The notes below the pieces were generated by a model that did no database searches, was not told the origin of the DNA, and saw only the letters and a list, made by a program, of their open reading frames with translations. This document shows positions 1 through 8,705 of a stretch of 40,611 bases of DNA, one piece after another. This stretch comes from an uncultured Clostridia bacterium (GTDB taxonomy: Bacteria > Bacillota > Clostridia > Christensenellales > CAG-1252). The stretch lies in contig CAMPCZ010000002.1 of assembly GCA_946648015.1 (NCBI GenBank), forward strand, positions 1-40,611, read 5' to 3'. The translations under genes were made by a program, and so were the position numbers. Position 1 is the stretch's first letter; every line of letters starts with the position of its first letter.

Positions 1-66
<66 letters not shown>

Positions 67-75
67 AGACACCAA

Positions 76-110
76 AAGCACTACTTCATCTAAGAAGCAG
101 TGCTTTTTTT
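76..110 (+). terminator. Rho-independent terminator downstream of tRNA-Ala
   Basis: Arms AAGCACTACTTC (76-87) and GAAGCAGTGCTT (94-105) pair with one mismatch around the 6-nt loop ATCTAA. A T-run follows at 104-110. Confidence 0.8.
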
Positions 111-296
111 ATGTATATTAGCCAACATTTTGCAGCATTTGCGAAATCTTACACAAAATCTTACTCAAAGTGTTTCCCCTGCCGCGCTAACGCTTGCTTT
201 GCGCCCCGTCCGCTATCGGTTCAAAATAAAAACGCGAGGAACTACCCCCGCCAAGAGCAGAGAAAGCCGTGCTTTTATGAGCGGCGAATTCGTCGG

Positions 297-650
297 TCAG
301 CGATCTTTTTGCGCTTCGCCGGTTGTCGCAGTACGGCAATCCGCGTCCGTTTGGTTTAGACTATTCAAAAAGAGATTGAGCAGGCGTTGTTGTTCGAACG
401 TCAGGGACGATATCCGGTCGGAAACTTCGTCTTCGCTCGGTTTGTCTTGCACGCTGAAAAACTCCGCAAGTGATATTTGCAAAGCCCAGCATATATATCC
501 CAGGTATTCTACCGTGGGGCTTTTTTCGCCTCTTTCGAGTTGATATATATAGGTGGGCGAGATACCCGCTTTGTTCGCCAATTCGTTGCAGTTCATCTTT
601 CGCAGTTCTCTCAATTCTTTAATGCGTTCGCCTACTGCTTTATTGTTCAT
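297..650 (-). CDS. XRE-family helix-turn-helix transcriptional regulator (117 aa)
   Basis: N-terminus MNNKAVGERIKELRELRKMNCNELANKAGISPTYIYQLERGEKSPTVEYLGYICWALQISLAEFF is a typical HTH_3/XRE domain. I chose the ATG at 650 (SD AGAGG 7 nt upstream) over the TTG at 671 used by the ORF track. TGA stop at 297-299. Confidence 0.8.
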   Translation of the reverse strand: MNNKAVGERIKELRELRKMNCNELANKAGISPTYIYQLERGEKSPTVEYLGYICWALQISLAEFFSVQDKPSEDEVSDRISSLTFEQQRLLNLFLNSLNQTDADCRTATTGEAQKDR

Positions 651-721
651 AATTGACCTCTGTTTTTTCAACGATAGTTTTATGATAGACCAATATTGTG
701 TTTAATATTAAAACTATAGTG

Positions 722-750
722 TTGACAAAACATTACAATAGTTCTATAAT
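722..750 (+). promoter_or_regulatory. Consensus sigma70/sigmaA promoter for the Lgt-like/sulfotransferase pair
   Basis: TTGACA (722-727), exactly 17 nt spacer, TATAAT (745-750). It lies about 70 nt upstream of the ATG at 821, in the divergent intergenic region shared with the XRE gene. Confidence 0.75.
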
Positions 751-820
751 GGAACCATTACAGTTGCAGTAGGGAATTGTGCTACAACGCAAGAAGAATG
801 TATAAGGGGTAGGCGCTGGT

Positions 821-1609
821 ATGATGCCGAGTACGCTTCACATATTTGGAATTGATTTCCCGCTCTATTATTGTGGGTTTTTGCTTGCATTTCCGGCATG
901 CACGTTGTTTAATGCGCTGTATTATCGCAAGTGCTATCCTGTCGGCAACATCAAATTGGTGCTGTTGACCATGTTTGGGATAAATATGGTATATATTTTC
1001 TTGCTGATATTTCCGTATTTTACGTTTGGCAAGTATTTTCACGGGTTTAATTGGATCCGCGTCATTGGCTTCGTACCCCTTTTGTGGGGGCTATTGGCGC
1101 TTATTTCCAAGACCAAAGTATCCGTGTTTTTAGATTTTATGGTGCCTACGACGGGCATCGCCAACATCTTTGTGCATACCGGGTGTATTTTCGGCGGTTG
1201 TTGTTACGGGTTTCCCATCACGGATTATCCGCAATGGCTGCAATGGATGGGCATTTATAACAATGCTACGCAGTCCTATCTCTTTCCCATACAACTGGTA
1301 GAAAACGCCATCATCTTGGTGCTCATCGTTTTTATGGTATTGTGGGCCAGATCCAAGCGATTCAAGACCGGCGGGCGCGCGTTCCCTCTCTATATGGTGC
1401 TGTTTTGCGTAACGCGCTTTTTTTGCGAATACTTACGCGACAACGAAAAAATCGTGGCCAATTTGTCCGAGTTCAGTTTTTGGTGCATTCTGTGGACGAT
1501 CGAAGGCGTCGTTTGGTTGATCGTATTGCACAAACGGGCCAACAAACCGCAAGAAATACCGCAGGAGCCGGACGATTTGCCTATCGAAACGGCAGAAGCC
1601 GCGGCATAA
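821..1609 (+). CDS. Lgt-family (prolipoprotein diacylglyceryl transferase-like) polytopic membrane protein, 262 aa
   Basis: Multiple hydrophobic segments. Motifs HTGCIFGGCCYGFP (the GCCYG variant of the Lgt G-R-x-G-N-F loop), YLFPIQLVENAIIL (compare HPxQLYE) and VTRFFCEYLRDNE (compare RFxxEFFRxPD). SD AAGGGGTAGG lies upstream. Confidence 0.6.
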   Translation: MMPSTLHIFGIDFPLYYCGFLLAFPACTLFNALYYRKCYPVGNIKLVLLTMFGINMVYIFLLIFPYFTFGKYFHGFNWIRVIGFVPLLWGLLALISKTKVSVFLDFMVPTTGIANIFVHTGCIFGGCCYGFPITDYPQWLQWMGIYNNATQSYLFPIQLVENAIILVLIVFMVLWARSKRFKTGGRAFPLYMVLFCVTRFFCEYLRDNEKIVANLSEFSFWCILWTIEGVVWLIVLHKRANKPQEIPQEPDDLPIETAEAAA

Positions 1610-1672
1610 AACAGTATGCTTGCCGTCGGTAGGAACGTCAACATATAACTATAGTGTAAAAGGAGAAACAGT

Positions 1673-2782
1673 ATGCGCCCGAGTGCTTTCTTGCTAATGG
1701 ATAGCCGCATTGACATCATCATTCGCAACCTATTTTTGTGCAAATTTCGAGTAGACAAACGAGCGATCCCCACCATCCTTTTGGGGGTGGTTTTTACGCT
1801 TTTGTTGTGGCCTTTTCAGTTGGCCGAATTTATCTATTACAAAATCAAAACTCGAAAAACGAAGGTAAAGCCCGTTTTTATCGTCGGCCATTGGCGCAGT
1901 GGCACCACGATGTTGCAATACATTCTTGCCAAAGACGGCAATTTATCCTATTTCGATACGCTCAGCGCCTATTGCGTCAACACCGTCGTTTGGAAACCGC
2001 TGTTGCGCAAGGTGTTGCCGCCCATTCTAATTCGTGCATTTGACAACATGGAGTACAATTTGGTTTATCCGTGGGAGGACAGCGTATGCTTTACCGAGTA
2101 TTGTTCCTATTCCAACTGGTCTCGCCATATGTTTCCGCAAGATAGAGAAAGATATTTGGACTATGCCGTCGTAGACGAATTGCCGACCAAGATCCAAGCG
2201 AAATGGTTTCGCGCCTACGACAATATGATCCGCAAGTTTTACGTGCAGTCGGGCAACGGCCGCCCCATGGTATTCAAGGGGCCGGACGCCACGGCAAGAA
2301 CGTTGTTTTTGTCGAAAAAATATCCGGACGCCGTATTCCTCAACGTGTACCGTAGCCCCTATGCGGTGATTCGGTCCACCATCAATATGTATAAATTTAC
2401 CACAACGTATTTCAGCTTGCAAGCCTTGCCCACCGAGCAGGAAGAAGAGGAATTTATCATTCATCAATTCAAGCGCATATACACCAAATATTTTGAAGAT
2501 ATCAAATCCATTCCTGCCGATAGGATAATAGAGTTACGCTTTGAGGATCTCGAAAAAGACCCTATGCCTATGCTGGAAGAGGCGTATAAACGCTTCGGCT
2601 GGGATTGGGAAAGCGCCAAAGAGCCGCTACGGACGTATTGGGATAGCTTGAGCGGCTATCAAAAGAACGTCTTCGACTATTCGCCGCGTCTGATACGGCG
2701 CGTCAATGAAGAACTCGGGTTTTACTTTGAGCACTACGGGTACGAAATGTTGCCCGTGCCGGATGCGCCTTTTGAACAATAA
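1673..2782 (+). CDS. Sulfotransferase-family protein with N-terminal membrane anchor, 369 aa
   Basis: PAPS 5'-phosphosulfate-binding loop FIVGHWRSGTTML and a 3'-phosphate motif region VYRSPYAVIRS. N-terminal hydrophobic segment AIPTILLGVVFTLLLWPF. SD AAGGAGA 7 nt upstream of the ATG. Confidence 0.75.
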   Translation: MRPSAFLLMDSRIDIIIRNLFLCKFRVDKRAIPTILLGVVFTLLLWPFQLAEFIYYKIKTRKTKVKPVFIVGHWRSGTTMLQYILAKDGNLSYFDTLSAYCVNTVVWKPLLRKVLPPILIRAFDNMEYNLVYPWEDSVCFTEYCSYSNWSRHMFPQDRERYLDYAVVDELPTKIQAKWFRAYDNMIRKFYVQSGNGRPMVFKGPDATARTLFLSKKYPDAVFLNVYRSPYAVIRSTINMYKFTTTYFSLQALPTEQEEEEFIIHQFKRIYTKYFEDIKSIPADRIIELRFEDLEKDPMPMLEEAYKRFGWDWESAKEPLRTYWDSLSGYQKNVFDYSPRLIRRVNEELGFYFEHYGYEMLPVPDAPFEQ

Positions 2783-2822
2783 GCGAGATCTTGGGTCGCT
2801 TGGCACCGTTTTGCGTGCATAC

Positions 2823-2855
2823 AAAAACGGACGACGGAGTACGTCGCCCGTTTTT
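2823..2855. terminator. Bidirectional intrinsic terminator between the convergent sulfotransferase and aspartokinase genes
   Basis: Stem 2828-2836 pairs with 2842-2850 (8 bp plus one mismatch, loop GAGTA). It is flanked by A5 (2823-2827) and T5 (2851-2855), so it reads as hairpin plus U-tract on either strand. Confidence 0.7.
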
Positions 2856-2868
2856 ATGTGGGGAAAAA

Positions 2869-4173
2869 TTACACCATATCCTCGTAGATGGCGCGAATAC
2901 ACTTCTCGAAATCGGCGTTGGCAATGCCTACGGTGATGTTGATCTCGCGCGTACCTTGGGCGATGGTTTTGATATTGATGCCGTGCTTGCCGAAAATGGA
3001 GAAGATGGCGCCCGAAATACCCGTGTTGGTAACCATATTGCGGCCGACCACTGCCACCAAGGCCAAGTCGTTGTCGATATCCACCGACACCACTTCGTCC
3101 AATTTGGCGATTTCGGTGAGAATGTCGTAGGTCACCTTTTCGGTGTACTTGCTTTCGACTATCACGTTGAAAGAATCTATCGAGGTGGGAATATGCTCCA
3201 CAGGCACGCCGAAACGATCGAAAATATCCAGCACGGCTTGTATCACCTTGAGTTTGCTGGCGGCAGTGTCTTTCACTATCGTAAATGCCTTGAAGTTCTT
3301 TTTGCCGGCAATGCCTGTAATGGCCTGCTTGGATTTGGCGGCGTCCTTGCAGATCTTGGTACCCTTGTCTTGGGGGGCGTTGGTGTTGAGAATATAGATG
3401 GGGATATTGATTTCGCGTATAGGCAAAATGGTCTCCTCGTGCAACACGCTGGCGCCCATATAGGACAACTCGCGCAACTCGTCGTAGGTGACCTCGGCAA
3501 TGTGGCGCGGATTGTCTACGATGCGCGGGTCGGCCATATACACGCCGCTGACGTCCGTCCAATTCTCGTACTTGTCGGCGCTCACGGCCTTGGCCACTAT
3601 GGCGCCCGTAATATCCGAGCCTCCGCGCGAAAACAGTTTGACTTCACCCGAAGGATAACTGCCGTAAAACCCGGGTATCACCACGCGTTTGCCTGCTCCG
3701 AACGCCGCGGCAATGTCGCGCGAGGTGCGCTCGTCGTCCACCGTGCCGTCGTAGCGAAAATGCACCACGTCGGCGGCGTCTACAAACTCATAGCCCAAAT
3801 AGGCTGCCATCAGTTTGGCGCAAAAGTATTCGCCGCGGCTTACCAAAAACTCCTCGCTGCAGCCCGTCTGAATGCGTTGCTCCAGCTTGTCGAAGTCGGC
3901 CGCCACGTCGTAGTCTAAGTGTAGCTCGGCCGCGGCCTCTTGGTAGCGGGCGCGAATGACGTCGAGAATACTCTTGTAGTTGCCGCCGTACTTAACGTGC
4001 GCATAGGTAAGGTAGAGCATATCCGTTACCTTATAGTCTTCTTTGTTGCGGCGTCCCATAGCGGACACCACCACCAAGCGGCGGCGGTCGTCGGCGAGGA
4101 CGATGTCTTTGATCTTCTTGAATTGTGTGCTGTCGGCTACCGAGGAGCCGCCGAATTTACAAACGGTAAACAT
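2869..4173 (-). CDS. Aspartate kinase (monofunctional, YclM/aspartokinase III-like), 434 aa
   Basis: MFTVCKFGGSSVADS...VVVSAMGRRNKEDYKVTDML is the aspartokinase N-terminal kinase signature. C-terminal ACT-like repeats are present. The start ATG overlaps the asd stop by 1 nt (TAATG). Confidence 0.9.
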   Translation of the reverse strand: MFTVCKFGGSSVADSTQFKKIKDIVLADDRRRLVVVSAMGRRNKEDYKVTDMLYLTYAHVKYGGNYKSILDVIRARYQEAAAELHLDYDVAADFDKLEQRIQTGCSEEFLVSRGEYFCAKLMAAYLGYEFVDAADVVHFRYDGTVDDERTSRDIAAAFGAGKRVVIPGFYGSYPSGEVKLFSRGGSDITGAIVAKAVSADKYENWTDVSGVYMADPRIVDNPRHIAEVTYDELRELSYMGASVLHEETILPIREINIPIYILNTNAPQDKGTKICKDAAKSKQAITGIAGKKNFKAFTIVKDTAASKLKVIQAVLDIFDRFGVPVEHIPTSIDSFNVIVESKYTEKVTYDILTEIAKLDEVVSVDIDNDLALVAVVGRNMVTNTGISGAIFSIFGKHGINIKTIAQGTREINITVGIANADFEKCIRAIYEDMV

Positions 4174-5168
4174 TAGATTTTTCCTTCTTTGATGAGTTTG
4201 AGAGCAATTTGCACGGCGTTGGCGGCGGCACCCTTGCGAATGTTGTCGCTGACGCAGTAGAGCAATAGGCCGTTGGCTGCCGATAGGTCGCGGCGAATAC
4301 GTCCGACGTACACCAGGTTGTTGCCGTTGGCCACGGTACTGACGGGATAGACGTTATTTTTGGGGTCGTCCAATACGACGATGCCCTCGGTTTGGGCCAA
4401 TGCCTCGCGCACTTCGTCCAACTCGAAGGGTTTGTCGAGCTCGGCCATAATGGAAACGGCGTGGCCGTTGGCGACGGGCACGCGCACGCAGGTGGCCGAT
4501 ACGGGGAGATCGGCAAGGCCCAAGATCTTGCGCGTTTCGTTGACCATCTTCATCTCCTCTTTGGTGTAGCCGTTGTCGAGGAATACGTCGATGTGCGGAA
4601 TGCAGGTTTGGGCGATGTTGTACGGATAGAATTGGTTGGGCTCGCCTTTTTGGGTGCGTTCGAGATCGGCTTTGCCTTTCATACCGCTGCCCGAGCAGGC
4701 TTGGTACGTGCTGTACACCACGCGTTTCAGACCCCATTTTTCTTGCAATGGCTTGAGGGGCAAAACGCTTTGAATGGTGCTACAGTTGGGGTTGGCCACG
4801 ATATTGCCGTGCGTGTCGAAGTCGTCGATGTTGATCTCGGGCACGATGAGGGCGCACTCGTCGTTCATACGCCAAGCGCTGCTGTTGTCTATGACCACTG
4901 CGCCCGACTTGGCGGCCTCGGGTGCCCATTCGGTGCTGATGGCGCCGCCTGCCGAGAATAAGGCTATCTCCACGCCCTCGAAGCAGCCGGGTTTGAGCTC
5001 CTCTACCACGTATTCTTTGCCACAATAGGCGATAACTCTGCCGGCCGATTTGGCGCTGGCAAACAGACGCAGGTCGGCGATGGGAAAGTTCTCCTCCGCC
5101 AGCACTTGCAAAAACGTGCTGCCGACCAATCCGGTCGCGCCTACTACCGCTACGTTGTACTTTTTCAT
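4173..5168 (-). CDS. asd: Aspartate-semialdehyde dehydrogenase, 331 aa
   Basis: N-terminal NAD(P)-binding VAVVGATGLVG. Active-site region NPNCSTI (catalytic Cys) and an overall Asd-like sequence. It sits between hom and the aspartokinase gene. Confidence 0.92.
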   Translation of the reverse strand: MKKYNVAVVGATGLVGSTFLQVLAEENFPIADLRLFASAKSAGRVIAYCGKEYVVEELKPGCFEGVEIALFSAGGAISTEWAPEAAKSGAVVIDNSSAWRMNDECALIVPEINIDDFDTHGNIVANPNCSTIQSVLPLKPLQEKWGLKRVVYSTYQACSGSGMKGKADLERTQKGEPNQFYPYNIAQTCIPHIDVFLDNGYTKEEMKMVNETRKILGLADLPVSATCVRVPVANGHAVSIMAELDKPFELDEVREALAQTEGIVVLDDPKNNVYPVSTVANGNNLVYVGRIRRDLSAANGLLLYCVSDNIRKGAAANAVQIALKLIKEGKI

Positions 5169-5170
5169 AA

Positions 5171-6250
5171 CTAATCCTCCTTCATGATTCGTGCATAGAA
5201 TGTATAATCGCCGTCTTGCGGCAAGCCGTGCGTAATGGTGGCATTGCCGTCCTTGACCACGTAAAAGTCGCTTTCTGCGTCAAAGTTGCCCACCGTGGGG
5301 GCGATGGGCGCTTTGGGCACAAAGGCTTTGTTGCCGTCCAAAATATCCATGAGGTCGGCGATCATGGCGCTGGCGGTGGGGTATCGCCCCGCGCCTTTGC
5401 CATACAAGGCCAAAGTGCCGTTGGACTTGCAGTCGTACACTACCATATTGTATTCGTCTGCGGCCGCCGCAAGCAAATGCGTTTTGTCCAGCAACACCGG
5501 CTCGACCGATACTTTGAGGCAGTCGCCCACCAAGGTGGATTGCGCCACCATTTTGAGCACTTTGCCTCTGGACGCCACGTCCTTGAGCACGGCCTCGGTA
5601 ACGCCCGCTATGCCGTAGTGCTTGACTTGGTCGTAGCTGAGGCGGGTGCCGTAGGCTATGTTGGATAGTATGCTGATTTTGCGCAACACGTCCAACCCTT
5701 CTATATCCGCGGTGGCGTCGGCCTCGGCAAACCCCAACTTTTGCGCGGTTTTGAGGGCCGCCTCGAAGGTTTGCCCCTCGCCCATGCGGGTGAGAATAAA
5801 GTTGGTGGTGCCGTTGAGTATGCCGTAGACGTTGGTGATGGTATCCAACTCCACTTGGTGCGTCAAGGTGCGTATGCAGGGAATGCCCCCGCCGACCGAC
5901 GCCTCGCACAAGAAGTAGACGCCGTTTTGTTGCGCCAAGGCAAAGAACTCCTCGAAGTGCTTGCTGACCACCTCTTTGTTGGAGGTGATCACGCTTTTGC
6001 CAGACGACAACGCTTTGACGATGCACTCGTGCGCAAATTTGTCTCCGCCCATGGCCTCGAACACCACGTCGATATCGTCGGCCAGACATATATCGTCGGC
6101 GCTTGCGGCAAACAGGTCGCCCAACACCTCTTTTTTGTGGGGCAAGTCAAACACTTTGACGGCCTTTACGCCATACGATTGGGGCAACGCTTGCACCAAG
6201 GACAAAATGCCGCTGCCTATTGTTCCGTATCCCAAAATTCCTACTTTCAT
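5171..6250 (-). CDS. hom: Homoserine dehydrogenase, 359 aa
   Basis: MKVGILGYGTIGSG Rossmann motif, then ...ITSNKEVV... and GILNGTTNFILT, the homoserine dehydrogenase signature. Only a 2-nt gap separates it from asd. Confidence 0.9.
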   Translation of the reverse strand: MKVGILGYGTIGSGILSLVQALPQSYGVKAVKVFDLPHKKEVLGDLFAASADDICLADDIDVVFEAMGGDKFAHECIVKALSSGKSVITSNKEVVSKHFEEFFALAQQNGVYFLCEASVGGGIPCIRTLTHQVELDTITNVYGILNGTTNFILTRMGEGQTFEAALKTAQKLGFAEADATADIEGLDVLRKISILSNIAYGTRLSYDQVKHYGIAGVTEAVLKDVASRGKVLKMVAQSTLVGDCLKVSVEPVLLDKTHLLAAAADEYNMVVYDCKSNGTLALYGKGAGRYPTASAMIADLMDILDGNKAFVPKAPIAPTVGNFDAESDFYVVKDGNATITHGLPQDGDYTFYARIMKED

Positions 6251-6259
6251 TTGTCTCTC

Positions 6260-8527
6260 CTATATGATGGTTGCGCCAGCCCCGTCGGGGGTAAGGTGCA
6301 ATATTTTCCACGATGCGTCTACGCCTTGGGGCGACGCGTACTGTTTGCCTATGGCCAAAAGGGTGGGGCCTGCGCCCGACAGCGCCACGGCCAATCCCTC
6401 TGCTTCGAGCGCGGCCTTTACGTCGGCGGCGCCTTCGATGAGGGGCAGGCGGTAGGGTTGATGCCAGCGGTCGTCCACCACCTGGCGTATCAGATCCATA
6501 TCGCCCGTGGCCAGTGCGGTGGGCAATAGGGCGCAACGCGCGGCGTTGTGCACGGCGTCTTGGCGTGCAAACGCGGCGGGCACCACTTTGCGAGCCTTTT
6601 TGGTGGGCAAAGCAAAGGGCGGCACCAACAGCGAAAAACGCAAACTTTCGTGTACGGGCAGGCGGTAGCTACGCACCTCGCCGTCATCGGCCAAATTGAC
6701 GGTCAATCCGCCCAAAAAGGCGGGCGCCACGTTGTCGGGGTGCCCCTCCAATGCGGTCATGATGTCGAGCAAGCGGCCGTCGTCGGCCGTGCCCGCGCCC
6801 AAAGCGTTGGCTGCCACCACGCCTGCCACTATGCAGGCGGCGCTGCTGCCCAACCCCGACGAATAGGGAATGTCGGCCGCCAGCAAACGTATCTTGACGG
6901 GGCGCGTCGCCATTCCCAGCGCGTTTTGCGCGTAGTGGTAGGCCTTGAGCACCAGGTTGTCCGCCATATCCGCCTCGGCAAAGCCCGCCAACTCGTCTTT
7001 GTCCGCCTCGGCAAACAGATAGGTGTTGTATAGAGCCAGCGCCATACCGGCCACGTCGAAGGCGCAGCCCAGGTTGGCGGTGGAGGCGGGCACTTTTACG
7101 GTAATGTGCGGCATGACGAGGTCGGCCACCTCTGCCTTGGTGGTTTTGTGGCGCGGCACGGTGGAGCCGAACAGTTTGGCTATGCCCTGCGGTATGGGTG
7201 TGTGCGTATAGTCGGATACCGCTTGCGCCACTTGCATTTCGTCCTCGAGGAGGGGCAGGCCCAACGCCTCGGCGATGGTGGACGGAAACTTGTATGGGCT
7301 AGCCGTAGATACCACCAGCGTGTGGCGCGGGCCGTGGGGCGCGCAGTGGCATGCTACCGCCGTGTGCGGATCGACCAAATAGCCCAACTCCTCGTATACC
7401 GCGCGGATAGAGGCGAGGGTGGTGGCGTTGTCGCAATAGGCATAGTCGAAGTCCTGCAACCGACGGCGCACCTCGGCCGACACGGTGTAACGCTTGTCCT
7501 TTGCAAGGGCCGACATATAGCCCGCCACTTGGGCGCCGTCGCCCTCTGTGGCGTACCACAGCAAGCGCTCCAGATTGGAAGAGATCAAAATATCCATCGC
7601 GGGCGAATAGGTTTTGTGGAAGGGGCGGTTGGCGTCGTAGGTGCCCGTGCGGAAAAAGTCGTAGAGCACGTTGTTGGCGTTGCTTGCACAGCAAAACCTC
7701 GCTATGGGGGTGCCTATTTCGCGCGCAAGATAGGCCGCGAATATATCGCCGAAGTTGCCCGTCGGCACGGCCACGTCCATAGCCTCGCCCATGGCAAGCG
7801 TGCCGTTGGCCACCAAACGCAAATAGGCGTAGACGTAGTATACCACTTGGGGCACGAGGCGACCAATGTTGATGGAATTGGCCGAAGACAGCTTGACGTC
7901 TTGGGCGTCGGCAGGGTAGGCGGCAAACAGTTGTTTGACGTAGGTCTGGCAGTCGTCGAAATTGCCCTCCAACGCATAGGCGTGGGTGTGGTCGTCGGTG
8001 AAGGAGAGCATTTGTTTTTCTTGCATTTGCGATACGCCGCCCAAGGGATAGAGCACCAAGGTGTCAAACCCCTCCGCGCCCCGAAAGCCCGACAACGCGG
8101 CGCCGCCCGTGTCGCCCGAGGTGGCTACCAGCACCAGCGTGCGGTGGCGTAGCCCCAGTTTGCGCTTGGCTATGCGCACAAGGTGGGGCAATGCCGTCAA
8201 GGCCATATCTTTGAAAGCCAGGGTAGGCCCCAAAAACAGTTCTAAAAAAGTGCGGTCGCCCGCAGTGTGCAAACCCACCTCGCCCGAGGGGAAGTTGGTC
8301 TTGTTGTAGGCGCAGGCGACGGCTTCCTCGATTTCGGCAGGGCTGAAGTCGTCGAAAAACAGGCCGAAAACTTTGCGCGCCACCGTTGTATAATCGGCGC
8401 CCAATAGGTCGGCTACGTTCAACTTTTCCAAGTGCTCGGGCACAAATAGGCCGCCGTCGGGGGCAATGCCCTCTACGATGGCGGTGCTGGCCGAAACCCG
8501 ACTGTTCCCTCTCGTGCTAACGTACAT
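6260..8527 (-). CDS. thrC: Bifunctional threonine synthase / homoserine kinase (ThrC-ThrB fusion), 755 aa
   Basis: Residues 1 to about 465 are long-form ThrC (MYVSTRGNS..., PLP-lysine region TLAFKDMAL). From about residue 471 (MPHITVKVPASTANLGCAFD...) the sequence is a GHMP homoserine kinase with the ATP loop PYSSGLGSSAACIVAG. The two parts form a single uninterrupted ORF. Confidence 0.85.
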   Translation of the reverse strand: MYVSTRGNSRVSASTAIVEGIAPDGGLFVPEHLEKLNVADLLGADYTTVARKVFGLFFDDFSPAEIEEAVACAYNKTNFPSGEVGLHTAGDRTFLELFLGPTLAFKDMALTALPHLVRIAKRKLGLRHRTLVLVATSGDTGGAALSGFRGAEGFDTLVLYPLGGVSQMQEKQMLSFTDDHTHAYALEGNFDDCQTYVKQLFAAYPADAQDVKLSSANSINIGRLVPQVVYYVYAYLRLVANGTLAMGEAMDVAVPTGNFGDIFAAYLAREIGTPIARFCCASNANNVLYDFFRTGTYDANRPFHKTYSPAMDILISSNLERLLWYATEGDGAQVAGYMSALAKDKRYTVSAEVRRRLQDFDYAYCDNATTLASIRAVYEELGYLVDPHTAVACHCAPHGPRHTLVVSTASPYKFPSTIAEALGLPLLEDEMQVAQAVSDYTHTPIPQGIAKLFGSTVPRHKTTKAEVADLVMPHITVKVPASTANLGCAFDVAGMALALYNTYLFAEADKDELAGFAEADMADNLVLKAYHYAQNALGMATRPVKIRLLAADIPYSSGLGSSAACIVAGVVAANALGAGTADDGRLLDIMTALEGHPDNVAPAFLGGLTVNLADDGEVRSYRLPVHESLRFSLLVPPFALPTKKARKVVPAAFARQDAVHNAARCALLPTALATGDMDLIRQVVDDRWHQPYRLPLIEGAADVKAALEAEGLAVALSGAGPTLLAIGKQYASPQGVDASWKILHLTPDGAGATII

Positions 8528-8665
8528 AGTTCACCTTCGAGGCCTTATATTGTCTATATGGTACAAGACCTCATTTTAATCATACAATATTTGGCACGCC
8601 ATCTCCAAACGAAGAGAGGGGTTTTGGCGGTTTATTTTGCCGTTTTGTTTATTTTTTATATTAGG

Positions 8666-8705
8666 AAAAAGAAAAACGGCTTGGCCGCAATGTCGTCGGC
8701 CGCCG
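8666..8705 (-). terminator. Intrinsic terminator after guaA
   Basis: On the minus strand, CGGC-GGCCG ... CGGCC-aa-GCCG forms 9 GC pairs with a 2-nt bulge and a 9-nt loop (plus-strand coordinates 8677-8705). TTTTTCTTTTT follows (8666-8676). Confidence 0.6.

Noticed and set aside
144-164. Direct repeat AAATCTTAC (144-152 and 156-164)
   Set aside because: It has only two 9-nt copies in a non-coding AT-rich spacer. That is too short to interpret.
67-2868. Integrated mobile element at the tRNA-Ala 3' end
   Set aside because: There is no integrase or recombinase gene, and I found no direct repeat of the tRNA 3' end in the intergenic regions I checked. I kept it only as a compositional-islet finding.
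2791-8152. Plus-strand ORFs inside the thr operon (e.g. 2791..3918, 375 aa; 5741..6529; 7106..8152, 348 aa) and the alternative-frame minus ORFs (2627..3562, 5280..6089)
   Set aside because: They are shadow or out-of-frame ORFs of clearly identifiable ask, asd, hom and thrC-thrB genes. They are Arg/Gly/His-rich with no motifs.
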